NCBI GenBank assembly: GCA_035473835.1
Contig: DATINX010000046.1
Coordinates: 1-49,063, forward strand
Direction: 5' to 3'
Source of the DNA: Candidatus Dormiibacterota bacterium
GTDB taxonomy: Bacteria; Chloroflexota; Dormibacteria; Dormibacterales; Dormibacteraceae
DNA: 49,063 nucleotides
Shown: positions 27,423 through 37,218 of the stretch, in pieces
Numbering within the stretch: position 1 is the first letter of the stretch
How the letters are laid out: each line of letters begins with the position of its first letter
Notes under the pieces: generated by a model
Database searches by the model: none
What the model was told of the DNA's origin: nothing
The model's input: only the letters and a program-made list of their open reading frames with translations
Program-made: the position numbers and the translations under genes

Positions 27423-28430
27423 ATGTCAGCTCAAATTCGTGTCGGCCGGGCGATGGTCCTGGAGGGGCCGCGCGAACCCCTTCGACTACAAGAGGTTCCA
27501 GTGCCATCGCCCGGCCTCGGCCAGGTCCTGTTGAGGGTCCACGCCTGCGGGATCTGCCGCACCGACCTTCACATCGTCGACGGCGAGCTCACCGAGCCGA
27601 AGCTGCCACTCATCCCCGGCCACCAGATCGTCGCCGACGTGGTGGAGGTCGGCACCGACGTCGCCAACCTGAAGACCGGCGATCGGGTCGGCGTGCCGTG
27701 GCTCGGATGGACGGACGGCACTTGCAGATACTGCCTCTCGGGACGCGAGAACCTTTGCGACCACGCGCGCTTCACCGGCTACCAGATCGACGGCGGCTAT
27801 GCCGACTACACGGTCGCCGACAGCAGGTTCTGCCTTCCGATCCCGGTCGGTTATCACGACCTTCAAGCTGCCCCACTTCTATGCGCGGGGCTGATCGGCT
27901 TTCGATGCTTGCGCATGGCGGGCGACGCAGCGACGCTCGGGTTCTATGGTTTCGGCTCGGCCGCGCACATCCTGATCCAGGTCGCGCGGCACCGGGGCCA
28001 GCGCATCTACGCATTCACTCGCCCCGGCGACAGGGCCGGCCAGGCCTTCGCCGCCGAGCTGGGAGCTGACTGGGTCGGCGATTCGGACGCCTTGCCGCCC
28101 GAGCCCCTGGATGCGGCGATCATCTTCGCGCCGGCCGGTGAGCTGGTGCCGCAGGCCCTTCGCGCTGTCGGCAAGGGCGGGACCGTGGTCTGCGGGGGCA
28201 TCCACATGTCCGACATTCCAGCCTTTCCGTACTCGATCCTGTGGGGCGAGCGCGTAGTGCGCTCGGTGGCCAACCTCACCCGCGCCGACGGCGAGGAGTT
28301 CTTGCGCCTGGCGCCGACGATCCCGATTCATACCCAGGTCAAGGTCTATCCCCTCGAGCAGGCCAACGAAGCGCTCGACGACCTCCGCAGCGGCCGCTTT
28401 CGCGGCAGCGCCGCGCTGAGTATTTCCTAA
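27423..28430 (+). CDS. Zinc-dependent alcohol dehydrogenase (MDR family)
   Basis: 335 aa with CGICRTDLH, GHQIVADV, and the structural-Zn cysteines CRYCLSGRENLC. Confidence 0.9.
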   Translation: MSAQIRVGRAMVLEGPREPLRLQEVPVPSPGLGQVLLRVHACGICRTDLHIVDGELTEPKLPLIPGHQIVADVVEVGTDVANLKTGDRVGVPWLGWTDGTCRYCLSGRENLCDHARFTGYQIDGGYADYTVADSRFCLPIPVGYHDLQAAPLLCAGLIGFRCLRMAGDAATLGFYGFGSAAHILIQVARHRGQRIYAFTRPGDRAGQAFAAELGADWVGDSDALPPEPLDAAIIFAPAGELVPQALRAVGKGGTVVCGGIHMSDIPAFPYSILWGERVVRSVANLTRADGEEFLRLAPTIPIHTQVKVYPLEQANEALDDLRSGRFRGSAALSIS

Positions 28431-28512
28431 CTGGCGCACCGACCACGAGCGCCCGGAGCACGTCCATCAAGTGCCGCAGCGGCAGCAGACAGCCCCAGCC
28501 AACTCCGCAGCT

Positions 28513-29424
28513 TCATCGCACGACCCGCGACTCTTCGAGCCCGTGCGCCACGACGTGCTCGCGGAATCCGCGCGGATGAAAGCCGAAGCGGCGATCAACG
28601 ACATCCGGGTCGGTCGCGTTGTCGAAGCCGAACAGCTCCATCGCGGCCGGCGTGAGCGGCGGGTTGGGCAGGATCGCCGCCATGAATCCCGCCTGCAGCC
28701 GCGCAATCGAAAGCGGGAGCGGCACCATCAACCGGCGCACGGACATCGCGGTGCAGATCGTTTGCAGGATTTCCTTGAAAGTTGCGTACTCGCTCCCGCC
28801 GAGAGGGATGGCGCTCTGCAGCAGCTGGTCTCCCTTGGTGGACGCTACCAGGCATGTGACCAGGTCTTCGATCCACAGCGGCTGGAATCGGAGCTTGCCA
28901 CCACCCAAAAGCGGAAGCACGGGGGAGGCTCGCGCCAGCCTGCTCAGCGCGGCGACGAACTCAGCTCCATCGCCAAAAAGAATCGATGGCTGAAGGATCA
29001 CATACGGGATGCCACTGTTTCGAACCGCCTCTTCGAGACCCCACCGGGTCGCCATGTACGTGCCTTCGGCGGCCGGCCGCGTGCCAAGCCCGGACATCAC
29101 GACCAACCGCGACACTCCTGAGGCGGAGGCGGCCTTGACGAGGTTTTCCGTGCCGACGCGATTGATCCGGTCGTACGCTCCTCGATAGGGCTCCTTCACA
29201 TTGGCCGTGATCGCCGCGGCATGGATGATCACGCTGGCACCGGCCACGGCGTCACCAAGTGTTTCGGGCCTGGTCAAATCGGCCTCGACCACCTCCACTC
29301 GGTCGCGGGCCGGGGTCCGGGACCGATCGCGAACCATCGCTCTGATGGGACCGACGCCGGTTTCGACCAACCGGCGCACGACATGGCTGCCGACGAATCC
29401 GCTGGCGCCGGTGACCAAGATCAA
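28513..29424 (-). CDS. NAD(P)H-binding atypical SDR (NmrA/NDUFA9-like)
   Basis: Start set to TTG 29424 giving (M)ILVTGASGFVGSHVVRRL, with GGGAGG 8 nt upstream. Lies 4 nt after the tetR stop. Confidence 0.8.
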   Translation of the reverse strand: MILVTGASGFVGSHVVRRLVETGVGPIRAMVRDRSRTPARDRVEVVEADLTRPETLGDAVAGASVIIHAAAITANVKEPYRGAYDRINRVGTENLVKAASASGVSRLVVMSGLGTRPAAEGTYMATRWGLEEAVRNSGIPYVILQPSILFGDGAEFVAALSRLARASPVLPLLGGGKLRFQPLWIEDLVTCLVASTKGDQLLQSAIPLGGSEYATFKEILQTICTAMSVRRLMVPLPLSIARLQAGFMAAILPNPPLTPAAMELFGFDNATDPDVVDRRFGFHPRGFREHVVAHGLEESRVVR

Positions 29425-29428
29425 TCGC

Positions 29429-30031
29429 TCAACCTCCCGCCAACGCGCCGAACGTTGCGGCCATGCGGTCACTCATGTCGAACATGGCCACCGCGCGTGA
29501 GCGATCGCCGTCGAGGTGGGTCAACAGGTCGACGCCGATGTACATCGCCAGCACCGCTCCCGCCGCGGCTCGCGCGTCGACAAGGCTTGCGAACGCCGAG
29601 CCCTCGAGAAAGCGCTGGATCAGGCTTTCGGTGAAGTCGAGCCACGGCTGCATCCTCGCGAGCATCTGGGCCCGCAGCTCAGGATCGCTGCCGCTCGCGG
29701 CGAACAGCTCCGCGAGCACTGTCGCGTGGCCCGACTCGACATCCTCCGAGTACAGCCGGCGGCAGAGGGCAGCGAGCTCGATGGGACCGGGCGCGGCGCT
29801 CAGCGTTTCTCGATACCGTTCCATGCGCGCGCGGCTGACCCGGTCGAGCGCGGCCATGAGGAGATCGTTGACGCTGCCGAAGTGATAAAAGATCAGCGCC
29901 TGGTTGAAAGCGCCGGTGCGGGCGATGGCCCGAGCGCTCGTGCGCGCGAAACCGTCTTTGCGAAGCGTCTCGAAAGCCGCATCAAGGATGCGCCCTCTGG
30001 TCGGCGACTCTTGAGCGGTCGCTTTGAGCAT
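29429..30031 (-). CDS. TetR-family transcriptional regulator
   Basis: 200 aa from ATG 30031 with RILDAAFETLRKDGFARTSARAIARTGAFNQALIFYHFGS (TetR HTH). Confidence 0.88.
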   Translation of the reverse strand: MLKATAQESPTRGRILDAAFETLRKDGFARTSARAIARTGAFNQALIFYHFGSVNDLLMAALDRVSRARMERYRETLSAAPGPIELAALCRRLYSEDVESGHATVLAELFAASGSDPELRAQMLARMQPWLDFTESLIQRFLEGSAFASLVDARAAAGAVLAMYIGVDLLTHLDGDRSRAVAMFDMSDRMAATFGALAGG

Positions 30032-30057
30032 CCGCTCAAGATAGCACGGATCGGCGG

Positions 30058-30780
30058 CTAGCAGCCCAGCTTGTCCGCCAGGTGGGTGAAGTCGGCGGCT
30101 TCCACGTCGGACTGTAGGTCGGGCAGAAGATCGGCTCCTCCACCCGGTCCTTTCTCCAGCTTCCGCTCGACGAATGCCGCCCGCAGGCCGGCTGCCTGGG
30201 CGGCCCGCAGGTCGGACTTGTGGCACGCCACCATCATCACTTGCGCCGGCGACAGCCCGAGTGCGGACGCGGCTCCCAGGTACACCTCGGGATCCGGCTT
30301 GTAATGGTGGAAGTCGTCAGCGGCCAGGATGCGCTGGAAGGGCAAGCCTGTGAAGCGAACCAGGGCTTCCTGCTGAGAACGGTTGCCGTTCGAAAGCGTC
30401 GACACCGTGAACCGCCGGGTCAGCCGCGTGAGTCCGGCAGCAGCGTCGGGCCACGCCGGCAGGCGCTCCCACGCAATGGTCAGCTCCTCGCGGGCGGCGT
30501 CGTCGAAGCCTTCCACGCCGAGGTCGCGGAGGACCTGGTCAAGCGACAGGCGATGGAGCCTGTTGAAATTGGTCCACGGCAAGTCGCCGCGCCGCACGCG
30601 GTCCATGTAAGGCATGTACAGGCCACGCCAGGCGTCGGCGAGCCGCTCCCAATCGCCCTTCACACCGTGCCGAGCGCCAAGGCGACGTGCCTCCGCCGAG
30701 ACACCGGAGCGCCAATCCACCGCGGTCCCGAAGACGTCGAAGGTGAGCGCACGAACCTCGCTGATGTCGAACGAGCTCAT
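30058..30780 (-). CDS. Haloacid dehalogenase type II (HAD superfamily)
   Basis: 240 aa with FDVFGTAVDW (DxxGT nucleophile motif), STLSNGN, and HHYKPDPEVY. Confidence 0.85.
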   Translation of the reverse strand: MSSFDISEVRALTFDVFGTAVDWRSGVSAEARRLGARHGVKGDWERLADAWRGLYMPYMDRVRRGDLPWTNFNRLHRLSLDQVLRDLGVEGFDDAAREELTIAWERLPAWPDAAAGLTRLTRRFTVSTLSNGNRSQQEALVRFTGLPFQRILAADDFHHYKPDPEVYLGAASALGLSPAQVMMVACHKSDLRAAQAAGLRAAFVERKLEKGPGGGADLLPDLQSDVEAADFTHLADKLGC

Positions 30781-31055
30781 CGACGTTTGAAGGCCGCGGC
30801 GTATTCGGGGAAGTAGCGCTGAATAACCGAGAGGTCGAAGGCGCGAAGGATTGAGGCCGGTGTCTCACGCTCGAGCAGAAACTCGAAGCTCCGCGTCACG
30901 AGGTCCTCGACATCCTCACGCTCGGTGCCGGCGGCCCAACGTTCGGCGTCCGCCTGAGTGACCGTGACCGAGTGCCGAGTGCGGACGCCGTCGTGATCGA
31001 CGCTGACCTCACACAGCCAGCCGTCGGCCCCGCGCTCGGCTTTCACGATCACCAT
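30777..31055 (-). CDS. Small conserved hypothetical protein
   Basis: 92 aa. 4-nt start/stop overlap with the HAD start, and 9 nt after the trpB2 stop. No motif recognised. Confidence 0.55.
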   Translation of the reverse strand: MVIVKAERGADGWLCEVSVDHDGVRTRHSVTVTQADAERWAAGTEREDVEDLVTRSFEFLLERETPASILRAFDLSVIQRYFPEYAAAFKRR

Positions 31056-31064
31056 CGGCCGCGG

Positions 31065-32432
31065 CTAGGTCATGGCCGGGATACGCGGCAGTTCCTCGAT
31101 CGCGGCGTCTATCCTCGACTGGGCCAGCTCGACGTCTTCGAGCTTGCCCGCGAAATAGGCGTCGTACGCCGACATGTCGAAGTGGCCGTGCCCCGACAGG
31201 CCGAACAGGATGGTCCTCGCCTCGCCCGCCTCACGCGCCGCCGCCGCCTCCTGGGCCACAGCCCGCAGCGCGTGGGCCGCTTCCGGCGCAGGCAGGAACC
31301 CTTCGGATCGCGCGAAGCGAACCGCCTCCGCAAAGCACTCGTTCTGCTTGTAAGCCCGGGCTTCCACCACGCCTTTGTCAACGAGCAGGCACAGCGAGGG
31401 GGCGTCACCGTGATATCGCAGACCGCCCGCGTGGATGCGGTCGGGTACGAAGCCGTGCCCCAGCGTGAACATCTTCACGACCGGTCCGAGGCCGACGGCG
31501 TCGCCGAAGTCATACGCGTAGATGCCGCGAGTGAGAGTCGGGCAGGCGGCCGGCTCGGCGGCGATGAAACGGGTCGCCGGGCGGCGTCCCTTCAGCTTGT
31601 CGCCGATGAAGGGATAAGTCAAACCGGCGAAATTGGAGCCTCCTCCAACGCAGCCGATGACGACGTCGGGATAGGCGCCTGCCATCTCCATCTGCTTCTT
31701 GGCCTCGAGGCCGATGACCGTCTGGTGGAGGAGGACATGGTTGACGACGGACCCCAGCGAGTACTTGGCGTCCTCGTGGGTGGCGGCATCCTCGACCGCT
31801 TCCGAGATGGCGATGCCGAGGCTTCCGGGCGAGTCGGGATCGTCGGCCAGGATCCCGCGGCCCGCGTTCGTCAGATTGGTCGGCGAGGCGTGCACGGTCG
31901 CGCCCCACGTCTCCATCATCGCCCGGCGGTACGGCTTCTGCTCGTACGAGATCTTGACCATGTAGACGGTGACCTCGAGGCCGAACAGGGCGCCGGCGAA
32001 CGCCAGAGCCGAGCCCCACTGCCCGGCTCCCGTCTCGGTCGTCAGGCGCTTGACGCCTTCTTTGGCGTTGTAATACGCCTGCGGCACGGCCGTGTTCGGC
32101 TTGTGCGAGCCCGCGGGAGAGACGCCCTCGTATTTGAAGTAGATGTGGGCCGGGGTGTCGAGCGCTTTCTCGAGGCGGTCCGCCCGGTACAGCGGGGTCG
32201 GCCTCCAGATGCGATAGATGTCCCGAACCTGCTCGGGGATCTCGATCCAGGGCTCGGCGGAAACCTCCTGGGCGATGATCGCCTGCGGGAAGATGGGAGC
32301 GAGGTCTGCCGGTCCCATCGGCTGCAGGGTGCCCGGGTGCAGATAAGGCGCCGGGGGCGCCGGGAGGTCGGGCAGAATGTTGTACCAGCGCTCAGGTATG
32401 TCGCTCTCGCTGAGCAGGAACTTCTTGGCCAT
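31065..32432 (-). CDS. TrpB-like PLP-dependent enzyme (TrpB2 class)
   Basis: 455 aa with [13 protein letters not shown]...[13 protein letters not shown]...[18 protein letters not shown] (PLP Lys) and the long N-terminal extension typical of TrpB2. Confidence 0.88.
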   Translation of the reverse strand: MAKKFLLSESDIPERWYNILPDLPAPPAPYLHPGTLQPMGPADLAPIFPQAIIAQEVSAEPWIEIPEQVRDIYRIWRPTPLYRADRLEKALDTPAHIYFKYEGVSPAGSHKPNTAVPQAYYNAKEGVKRLTTETGAGQWGSALAFAGALFGLEVTVYMVKISYEQKPYRRAMMETWGATVHASPTNLTNAGRGILADDPDSPGSLGIAISEAVEDAATHEDAKYSLGSVVNHVLLHQTVIGLEAKKQMEMAGAYPDVVIGCVGGGSNFAGLTYPFIGDKLKGRRPATRFIAAEPAACPTLTRGIYAYDFGDAVGLGPVVKMFTLGHGFVPDRIHAGGLRYHGDAPSLCLLVDKGVVEARAYKQNECFAEAVRFARSEGFLPAPEAAHALRAVAQEAAAAREAGEARTILFGLSGHGHFDMSAYDAYFAGKLEDVELAQSRIDAAIEELPRIPAMT

Positions 32433-32543
32433 GCCTCCCCTCCCTGAACGACCTTGCTACCGGTAGGAGGAAAAGGGTAACTCGCGTGGTGAGCCTTCGT
32501 GTCACGCACCTGGAGTACCGCGTACGGCCGAGAGGTTGAGCCT

Positions 32544-33623
32544 TCAGCGGGCGCCGCTGGCGGTTGCTTCCTTTTCGGCTGAAGCCAGGAACGCGAAGAA
32601 GATCTGGCTCCATCGCTCGGCCGCGTCGAAGAGCGGCCCGTGGCCTGAGCCCTCGAACATCTCCATCTGCACCGAGCCGCCGGTCTCGCGATAGCGCTCC
32701 AGGACCGCGCGGATCTGGGTGACCATCGGTTGCGGAGGGAAAGCCTCCTCGCCGGGCCAGCCTGGCACTGCGCCCATCTTGCCTAGCGTGCCCATCTCCC
32801 ACGCCGAACCATCGGCGACGACGATGTCGGCCGTACCGTGGGTCCACAGGATGGGCGGCTTCGGGTCGAGGTCGACGATGCCGGCCCAGTTGCAGTACTT
32901 ACCGGAAAGCGCGTTGAGAATGCCGCGCGTGCCGGGTGCCACGCCGGGCCAGTTTGGCGAAGGCGTCAGGTCGCCCGGATAGCCGTCGTCGCCGGTCACA
33001 GACTTCAGCACTTCCTCCACCAGCATGTCCTCGCGGTCCGCAGGCTCACGATATGAGGGAGACCAGTACGAGGTGTTCATGACGTTGCGCGGCGAGAAGG
33101 GCGAATCGGACGACGTGTCATGGCCGGCGATCGTCTTTGTGAAATCAAGGCTCCCTGTTCCGCCGCCCGACCCGGCGTAGTCCGGAAAGCAAGGCGTTCC
33201 GTCCAGCCGGACGCCCCCAAACCCGTACGGTGACACCGGATCGATGAAGGTGAGAGAGGCCACGGGGCGGTCTTCAGCGTAGTTGGCGATCGCGGCGCCG
33301 CCGGTCGACCATCCGACCAGGTGCACGGGCCGCGTGATCCCAAGTGCTTGGACCAGGGAGAAGGTGTCATCGGCCCAATCTCGCAGGCCCCGCGTCGCGT
33401 CGATGGGGATGCGCTCGGTGTCGCCGAATCCTCGCATGTCGGGCGCGATGATCCGGTAGCGGTCCGGCGCCCCCGGCATCAGATGCTCGTAGAAGCGTCC
33501 GGTGGCGAGATTTCCATGGACCATCACCACCGGGATCCCATCGGCGGGTCCCGACTCCAGGTAGCGCATCCGCAAGCGATCCGTCTGAATGTCTTGAGAG
33601 CGAACGCCCGGCAGAAAATTCAT
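32544..33623 (-). CDS. Alpha/beta hydrolase
   Basis: 359 aa with VVMVHGN (oxyanion region), nucleophile elbow GWSTGG, and a C-terminal GSGHGP. Confidence 0.82.
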   Translation of the reverse strand: MNFLPGVRSQDIQTDRLRMRYLESGPADGIPVVMVHGNLATGRFYEHLMPGAPDRYRIIAPDMRGFGDTERIPIDATRGLRDWADDTFSLVQALGITRPVHLVGWSTGGAAIANYAEDRPVASLTFIDPVSPYGFGGVRLDGTPCFPDYAGSGGGTGSLDFTKTIAGHDTSSDSPFSPRNVMNTSYWSPSYREPADREDMLVEEVLKSVTGDDGYPGDLTPSPNWPGVAPGTRGILNALSGKYCNWAGIVDLDPKPPILWTHGTADIVVADGSAWEMGTLGKMGAVPGWPGEEAFPPQPMVTQIRAVLERYRETGGSVQMEMFEGSGHGPLFDAAERWSQIFFAFLASAEKEATASGAR

Positions 33624-33639
33624 CGATTCCCCTTTTTCG

Positions 33640-35574
33640 TCAGCTGTCCTGGTTGGCGGTGACGGCCGCTTTCAAACCTGTCACCGCAAGGATCTGCTCC
33701 TCGTCCAGCGAGTCCTCCTTGAGAAGGGCCCGGGTGAGGGTTTCGAGCTGCGCGCGGTGCGCAGTCAAAAGGCTCAATGCCTCGGCAAAACATTCGTCCG
33801 CGATGCGCTTGACCTCGGTGTCGACCTCTCTCGCGGTGGCCTCGCTGTAAGGTCGCGCCAACCCGATCCCATCGCCGGCTCCGTCTTCCCTGAATGCCAG
33901 AGGCCCTATCTTCGGGCTCATCCCCCACCTCACGACCATCTCGTGCGCGATCATGGTCACCTGCTGCAGGTCGCTCGCCGCGCCAGTCGATACCGTCGTG
34001 TAGATGAGCTGCTCCGCCGCCCGACCGCCAAGCGCGCCGATGATTCGCGCCCGCAGGTAGTCCTCCCCATAGTTGAAACGGTCGTCCATCGGCCGCTGGA
34101 TCGTGACCCCCAGCGCACCGCCGTGCGGGATGATCGTGACCTTCCGCACCGGATCAGCGCCGGGAAGAAGAAGACCGAGCAGCGCATGCCCTGACTCGTG
34201 GTACGCGATCCGCTCGCGGTCGCTTTGGGTCATCACGAGGTGCCGCTCAGTGCCGAGCAGGACACGATCGATGGCCTCGTAGAAATCGTCCGCACTCACC
34301 GTGGTGTCACCTTTACGCGCCGCCCCCAACGCCGCTTCATTGACCAGGTTGCGAAGGTCCGCGCCCACGAGTCCCGGGGTCGCGCCGGCGATGGCGTCGA
34401 GGTCGACATCGGGGCCAAGCGGCACCTTGGCGGTGTGAATCTTGAGGATGGCCGCACGGCCGCGGCGGTCGGGGGGCTGCAGGGTCACGCGTCGATCGAA
34501 GCGGCCGGGCCTGAGGAGAGCCTGGTCGAGAACGTCGGCCCGGTTGGTCGCGGCCAGGACGATGACGCCCTTGCCCGGCTCGAAGCCATCCATCTCGGTC
34601 AGGATCTGGTTCAGCGTCTGCTCTTGCTCGTCGTTGCCGCCGATCCGAAAACCTGAGCTGCGGCTGCGTCCGATGGCGTCGAGCTCGTCGATGAAGATGA
34701 TCGCGGGCGCGGACTGGCGCGCCTTGGTGAACAGGTCCCGCACCCTCGACGCTCCCACTCCGACGATGGCCTCCACGAACTCGGATGCGGATTGACTGAA
34801 GAAGGGCACCTTGGCCTCGCCGGCCACCGCCCGAGCGAGCAGAGTCTTGCCGGTGCCAGGCGGTCCGATCAACAGCACGCCTTTTGGGACCTGTCCCCCG
34901 AGGCGTTCGTACTTCTGCGGCTCGCGTAAGAAATCGACGAGCTCCTCGAGCTCTTGCTTGACCTCGTCGATTCCCGCGACGTCGGCAAATGTGGTGCCCG
35001 GACGCTCTGGGTCGTAAAGGCGGGCGCGGCTCTGACCGAAGGCCCCGAGGATTCCGCCCGCGCCGCCGGCGCTGGCCGCGCGGCGGAGGAAGTACATGAC
35101 GGCGATCACGATCAGCAGCGTCGGCCCAAAGCTCAGGAGCAGGGTCTCCCACAGCGGCGGCGGCGGATTCTCGGGCTTGGCGTTGATCCTCACGTTGTGC
35201 TGCTCGAGTAGAGGCTCGAGGCTGTCATCGGCGAAGGACGGTCTTTGAGTCGTGAAGTGCGTTGCGCTGGCGGTGCTCGGCGCGGGTTCCTTGACCGGCT
35301 TCGTCGTGATGCCCGTGATGGCGTCCCCGGTCGTGGTCACGCTGACGACATTGTCGTCCGTGACCTGCTGCTTGAACACGTTGTAAGGCAGCGTCACTGT
35401 GGTTGGTTGCGCCGGCGCGAACAGCACGTTGGTGACGAAGATGTTGAGAAGCAAAAGGATTCCCAGCGTCACCCATAGCCGAACGGATCGGAAGGGGTTC
35501 TGCGGTGCCGGCCTGGTAGGCGCAGGAGGGCCCGCGCGGGTAGGTGTTCTTTGGTTAGCGCCGTTTACAGACAA
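33640..35574 (-). CDS. ftsH: ATP-dependent zinc metalloprotease FtsH
   Basis: 644 aa with two N-terminal TMs, Walker A GPPGTGKT, Walker [12 protein letters not shown] region, and HESGH zinc motif. The start is TTG 35574. Confidence 0.93.
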   Translation of the reverse strand: MSVNGANQRTPTRAGPPAPTRPAPQNPFRSVRLWVTLGILLLLNIFVTNVLFAPAQPTTVTLPYNVFKQQVTDDNVVSVTTTGDAITGITTKPVKEPAPSTASATHFTTQRPSFADDSLEPLLEQHNVRINAKPENPPPPLWETLLLSFGPTLLIVIAVMYFLRRAASAGGAGGILGAFGQSRARLYDPERPGTTFADVAGIDEVKQELEELVDFLREPQKYERLGGQVPKGVLLIGPPGTGKTLLARAVAGEAKVPFFSQSASEFVEAIVGVGASRVRDLFTKARQSAPAIIFIDELDAIGRSRSSGFRIGGNDEQEQTLNQILTEMDGFEPGKGVIVLAATNRADVLDQALLRPGRFDRRVTLQPPDRRGRAAILKIHTAKVPLGPDVDLDAIAGATPGLVGADLRNLVNEAALGAARKGDTTVSADDFYEAIDRVLLGTERHLVMTQSDRERIAYHESGHALLGLLLPGADPVRKVTIIPHGGALGVTIQRPMDDRFNYGEDYLRARIIGALGGRAAEQLIYTTVSTGAASDLQQVTMIAHEMVVRWGMSPKIGPLAFREDGAGDGIGLARPYSEATAREVDTEVKRIADECFAEALSLLTAHRAQLETLTRALLKEDSLDEEQILAVTGLKAAVTANQDS

Positions 35575-35933
35575 GTCGAGCCACGCGCCAAGTCATTCAC
35601 CCCGAGACGACATCCACTCGAAGCCACAATACTGCAGTAGGTAAAGGAGACGGCGGCCGCGTCGCCGGTGGCTTGCCGGGCTCAGGCGTTACAGAGATGT
35701 GGGGAATTGCGGCCCCGTGTGGCCGCAGGGGGAGCTGGCGCCGTTTCCGGCGTCCGGGTTCGGCGCAACAAGGCCAACCAGAGCAACCCGTTGCGGCGCG
35801 GACGGGTATCAGTCATTGAGGCGCGGATGGACCTGGCGCCGCCTTCTACCGGGCGGTACAGGTCACGGCCCGCACTCCCCGGCTCCCGGCCCACGGATCC
35901 CCCTTGGACCGGGAGCTCCTCGATCGGTTAGAA

Positions 35934-36059
35934 ATGTCTGAGCATCGACGCCGTGGCAGCCGGCTGGACACGTGGATCGGGACGGCGATCGCCTTCCTCG
36001 TGCTGGTGCTGGTCAGCGCGGGCCTGATTTGGTACGCGCTGTCGGGCCCGCCATCCTGA
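35934..36059 (+). CDS. Candidate 41-aa single-TM small protein
   Basis: Own reading gives ATG...MSEHRRRGSRLDTWIGTAIAFLVLVLVSAGLIWYALSGPPS-TGA. It has a positive-inside N-terminus plus one hydrophobic helix. It falls below the ORF-track length cutoff and has no clear SD. Confidence 0.3.
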   Translation: MSEHRRRGSRLDTWIGTAIAFLVLVLVSAGLIWYALSGPPS

Positions 36060-36060
36060 T

Positions 36061-36432
36061 TCATCGCCGCAGGAGCGGGAAGGCAAGCATCCCCTTCGGG
36101 AACGTGTAGGTCACCGTCTTCACCGACTCGAGTCCGGCCTTCACAGATGGATCCTCCTCGACCAGCCGGCGCACCTCCTCGGGTAACTTGCTGCTGAGGC
36201 CCATGCCGGTCAGCCGGAGCCCGCTCGAGTCCGCGTCGACCACACCTCCCGCTGACAGTAGGTGGCCCTTGGCGACCAGCCCGATCGTGAACTCGAGGTG
36301 GTCCTGAAGCAGGCGCTCGAGCTCCGATCCGCCGTATTCAGAAGCGCGCGGTCCCGCGAACAGGACCACCATGGTCAGCGTCTCCGTCTCGAAGCCGGCC
36401 TTTGGCAGCGGCTGGGACGCCGACCTTTCCAC
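36061..36432 (-). CDS. YciI-like protein
   Basis: LQDHLEFTIGLVAKGHLLSAGGVVD...EEDPSVKAGLESVKTVTYTF matches the YciI pattern (H...G.LL.AGP...DP...AG...F). The start is either GTG 36432 or ATG 36372 (MVVLFAG). Confidence 0.65.
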   Translation of the reverse strand: MERSASQPLPKAGFETETLTMVVLFAGPRASEYGGSELERLLQDHLEFTIGLVAKGHLLSAGGVVDADSSGLRLTGMGLSSKLPEEVRRLVEEDPSVKAGLESVKTVTYTFPKGMLAFPLLRR

Positions 36433-36824
36433 TACTGCACCGCCCCCTTGGACAGGCCGATCATGTGGCCTTCGGGGTCGACGAAGTAAGCGAATGTCAG
36501 CTTCGCCTCCGGGATCTCGGTGGGCGGCACGACCGTTTTGCCCCCGAGCTTCTCGGCCTTCTTCAGGTACGCGGCCGGATCGTCGACCTCCACGTACACG
36601 GTTACGAATCCCTGCCCGCCGTCCTGGCTGCGGCCGATGCCGCCGCCGATGCCGCCGATGCCCGCCTGGACCAGGCCGTAATCCATACCCGTGCCGCTGT
36701 CAGCGATCTGCCACCCGAACAGACTGCTGTAGAAATTGCGCAACTTGGCCCCATCCTTTCCGACGACCTCGAACCAGACCACGCTCGGTTCCTTCTCGCC
36801 CTTGTGCTCCGCGCCTCCAGCCAT
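36432..36824 (-). CDS. VOC-family protein
   Basis: Start at ATG 36824 with AGGAGG 6 nt upstream. Sequence VVWFEVVGKDGAKLRNFYSSLFGW...TFAYFVDPEGHMIGL. Confidence 0.8.
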   Translation of the reverse strand: MAGGAEHKGEKEPSVVWFEVVGKDGAKLRNFYSSLFGWQIADSGTGMDYGLVQAGIGGIGGGIGRSQDGGQGFVTVYVEVDDPAAYLKKAEKLGGKTVVPPTEIPEAKLTFAYFVDPEGHMIGLSKGAVQ

Positions 36825-36864
36825 TGCAGACCTCCTGACTCGGTGATACGATCGACAAATGCAT

Positions 36865-36898
36865 CGTAAGTCTTCACGCACCGTAAGTCAAGACTTAC
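36865..36898. promoter_or_regulatory. Candidate ArsR operator: repeated CGTAAGTC plus palindrome GTAAGTC-AA-GACTTAC
   Basis: CGTAAGTC occurs at 36865-36872 and 36882-36889. A perfect 7-bp-arm palindrome spans 36883-36898, and GTAAGTCTT (36866-36874) is also the reverse complement of AAGACTTAC (36890-36898). It lies immediately upstream of the arsR-like ATG 36904. Confidence 0.5.
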
Positions 36899-36903
36899 TG
36901 AGC

Positions 36904-37218
36904 ATGGACGCGATCCTTGAGGCGCTGGGCGACCGCACGCGGCGCCGCATCTTCGGCCGTCTTCGGGCCGGGCCCATGGCCGTCGTCGATCTCGCGCGCG
37001 ACCTGCCGGTCAGCCGGCCGGCCGTCTCTCAACACCTGAAGGTGTTGAAGGATGCCGGCCTTGTGATCGATCGCGCCGAGCACAATCGGAGGCTCTACTC
37101 GGTGGATCCGAACGGGCTGGCCCAGCTGCGAGCCTTCCTCGACCTCTTCTGGGCTGAGGCCCTCGCGCGTTTTGTCGAGACGGCAGAGGGCCGCCCTCCC
37201 GGGCACCGAGATGGCTGA
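36904..37218 (+). CDS. ArsR/SmtB-family transcriptional regulator
   Basis: MDAILEALGDRTRRRIFGRLRAGPMAVVDLARDLPVSRPAVSQHLKVLKDAGLV. The alternative ATG 36859 would place the palindrome inside the coding sequence. Confidence 0.82.
   Translation: MDAILEALGDRTRRRIFGRLRAGPMAVVDLARDLPVSRPAVSQHLKVLKDAGLVIDRAEHNRRLYSVDPNGLAQLRAFLDLFWAEALARFVETAEGRPPGHRDG

Noticed and set aside
35690-35790. Possible tRNA or tmRNA (GGGG... start, GGGTTCGGCGC resembling a T-arm).
   Set aside because: I could not build a cloverleaf. The T-loop consensus (GTTCRANYC) and a matching 3' stem are absent, and there is no acceptor stem complementarity or CCA-proximal pairing.
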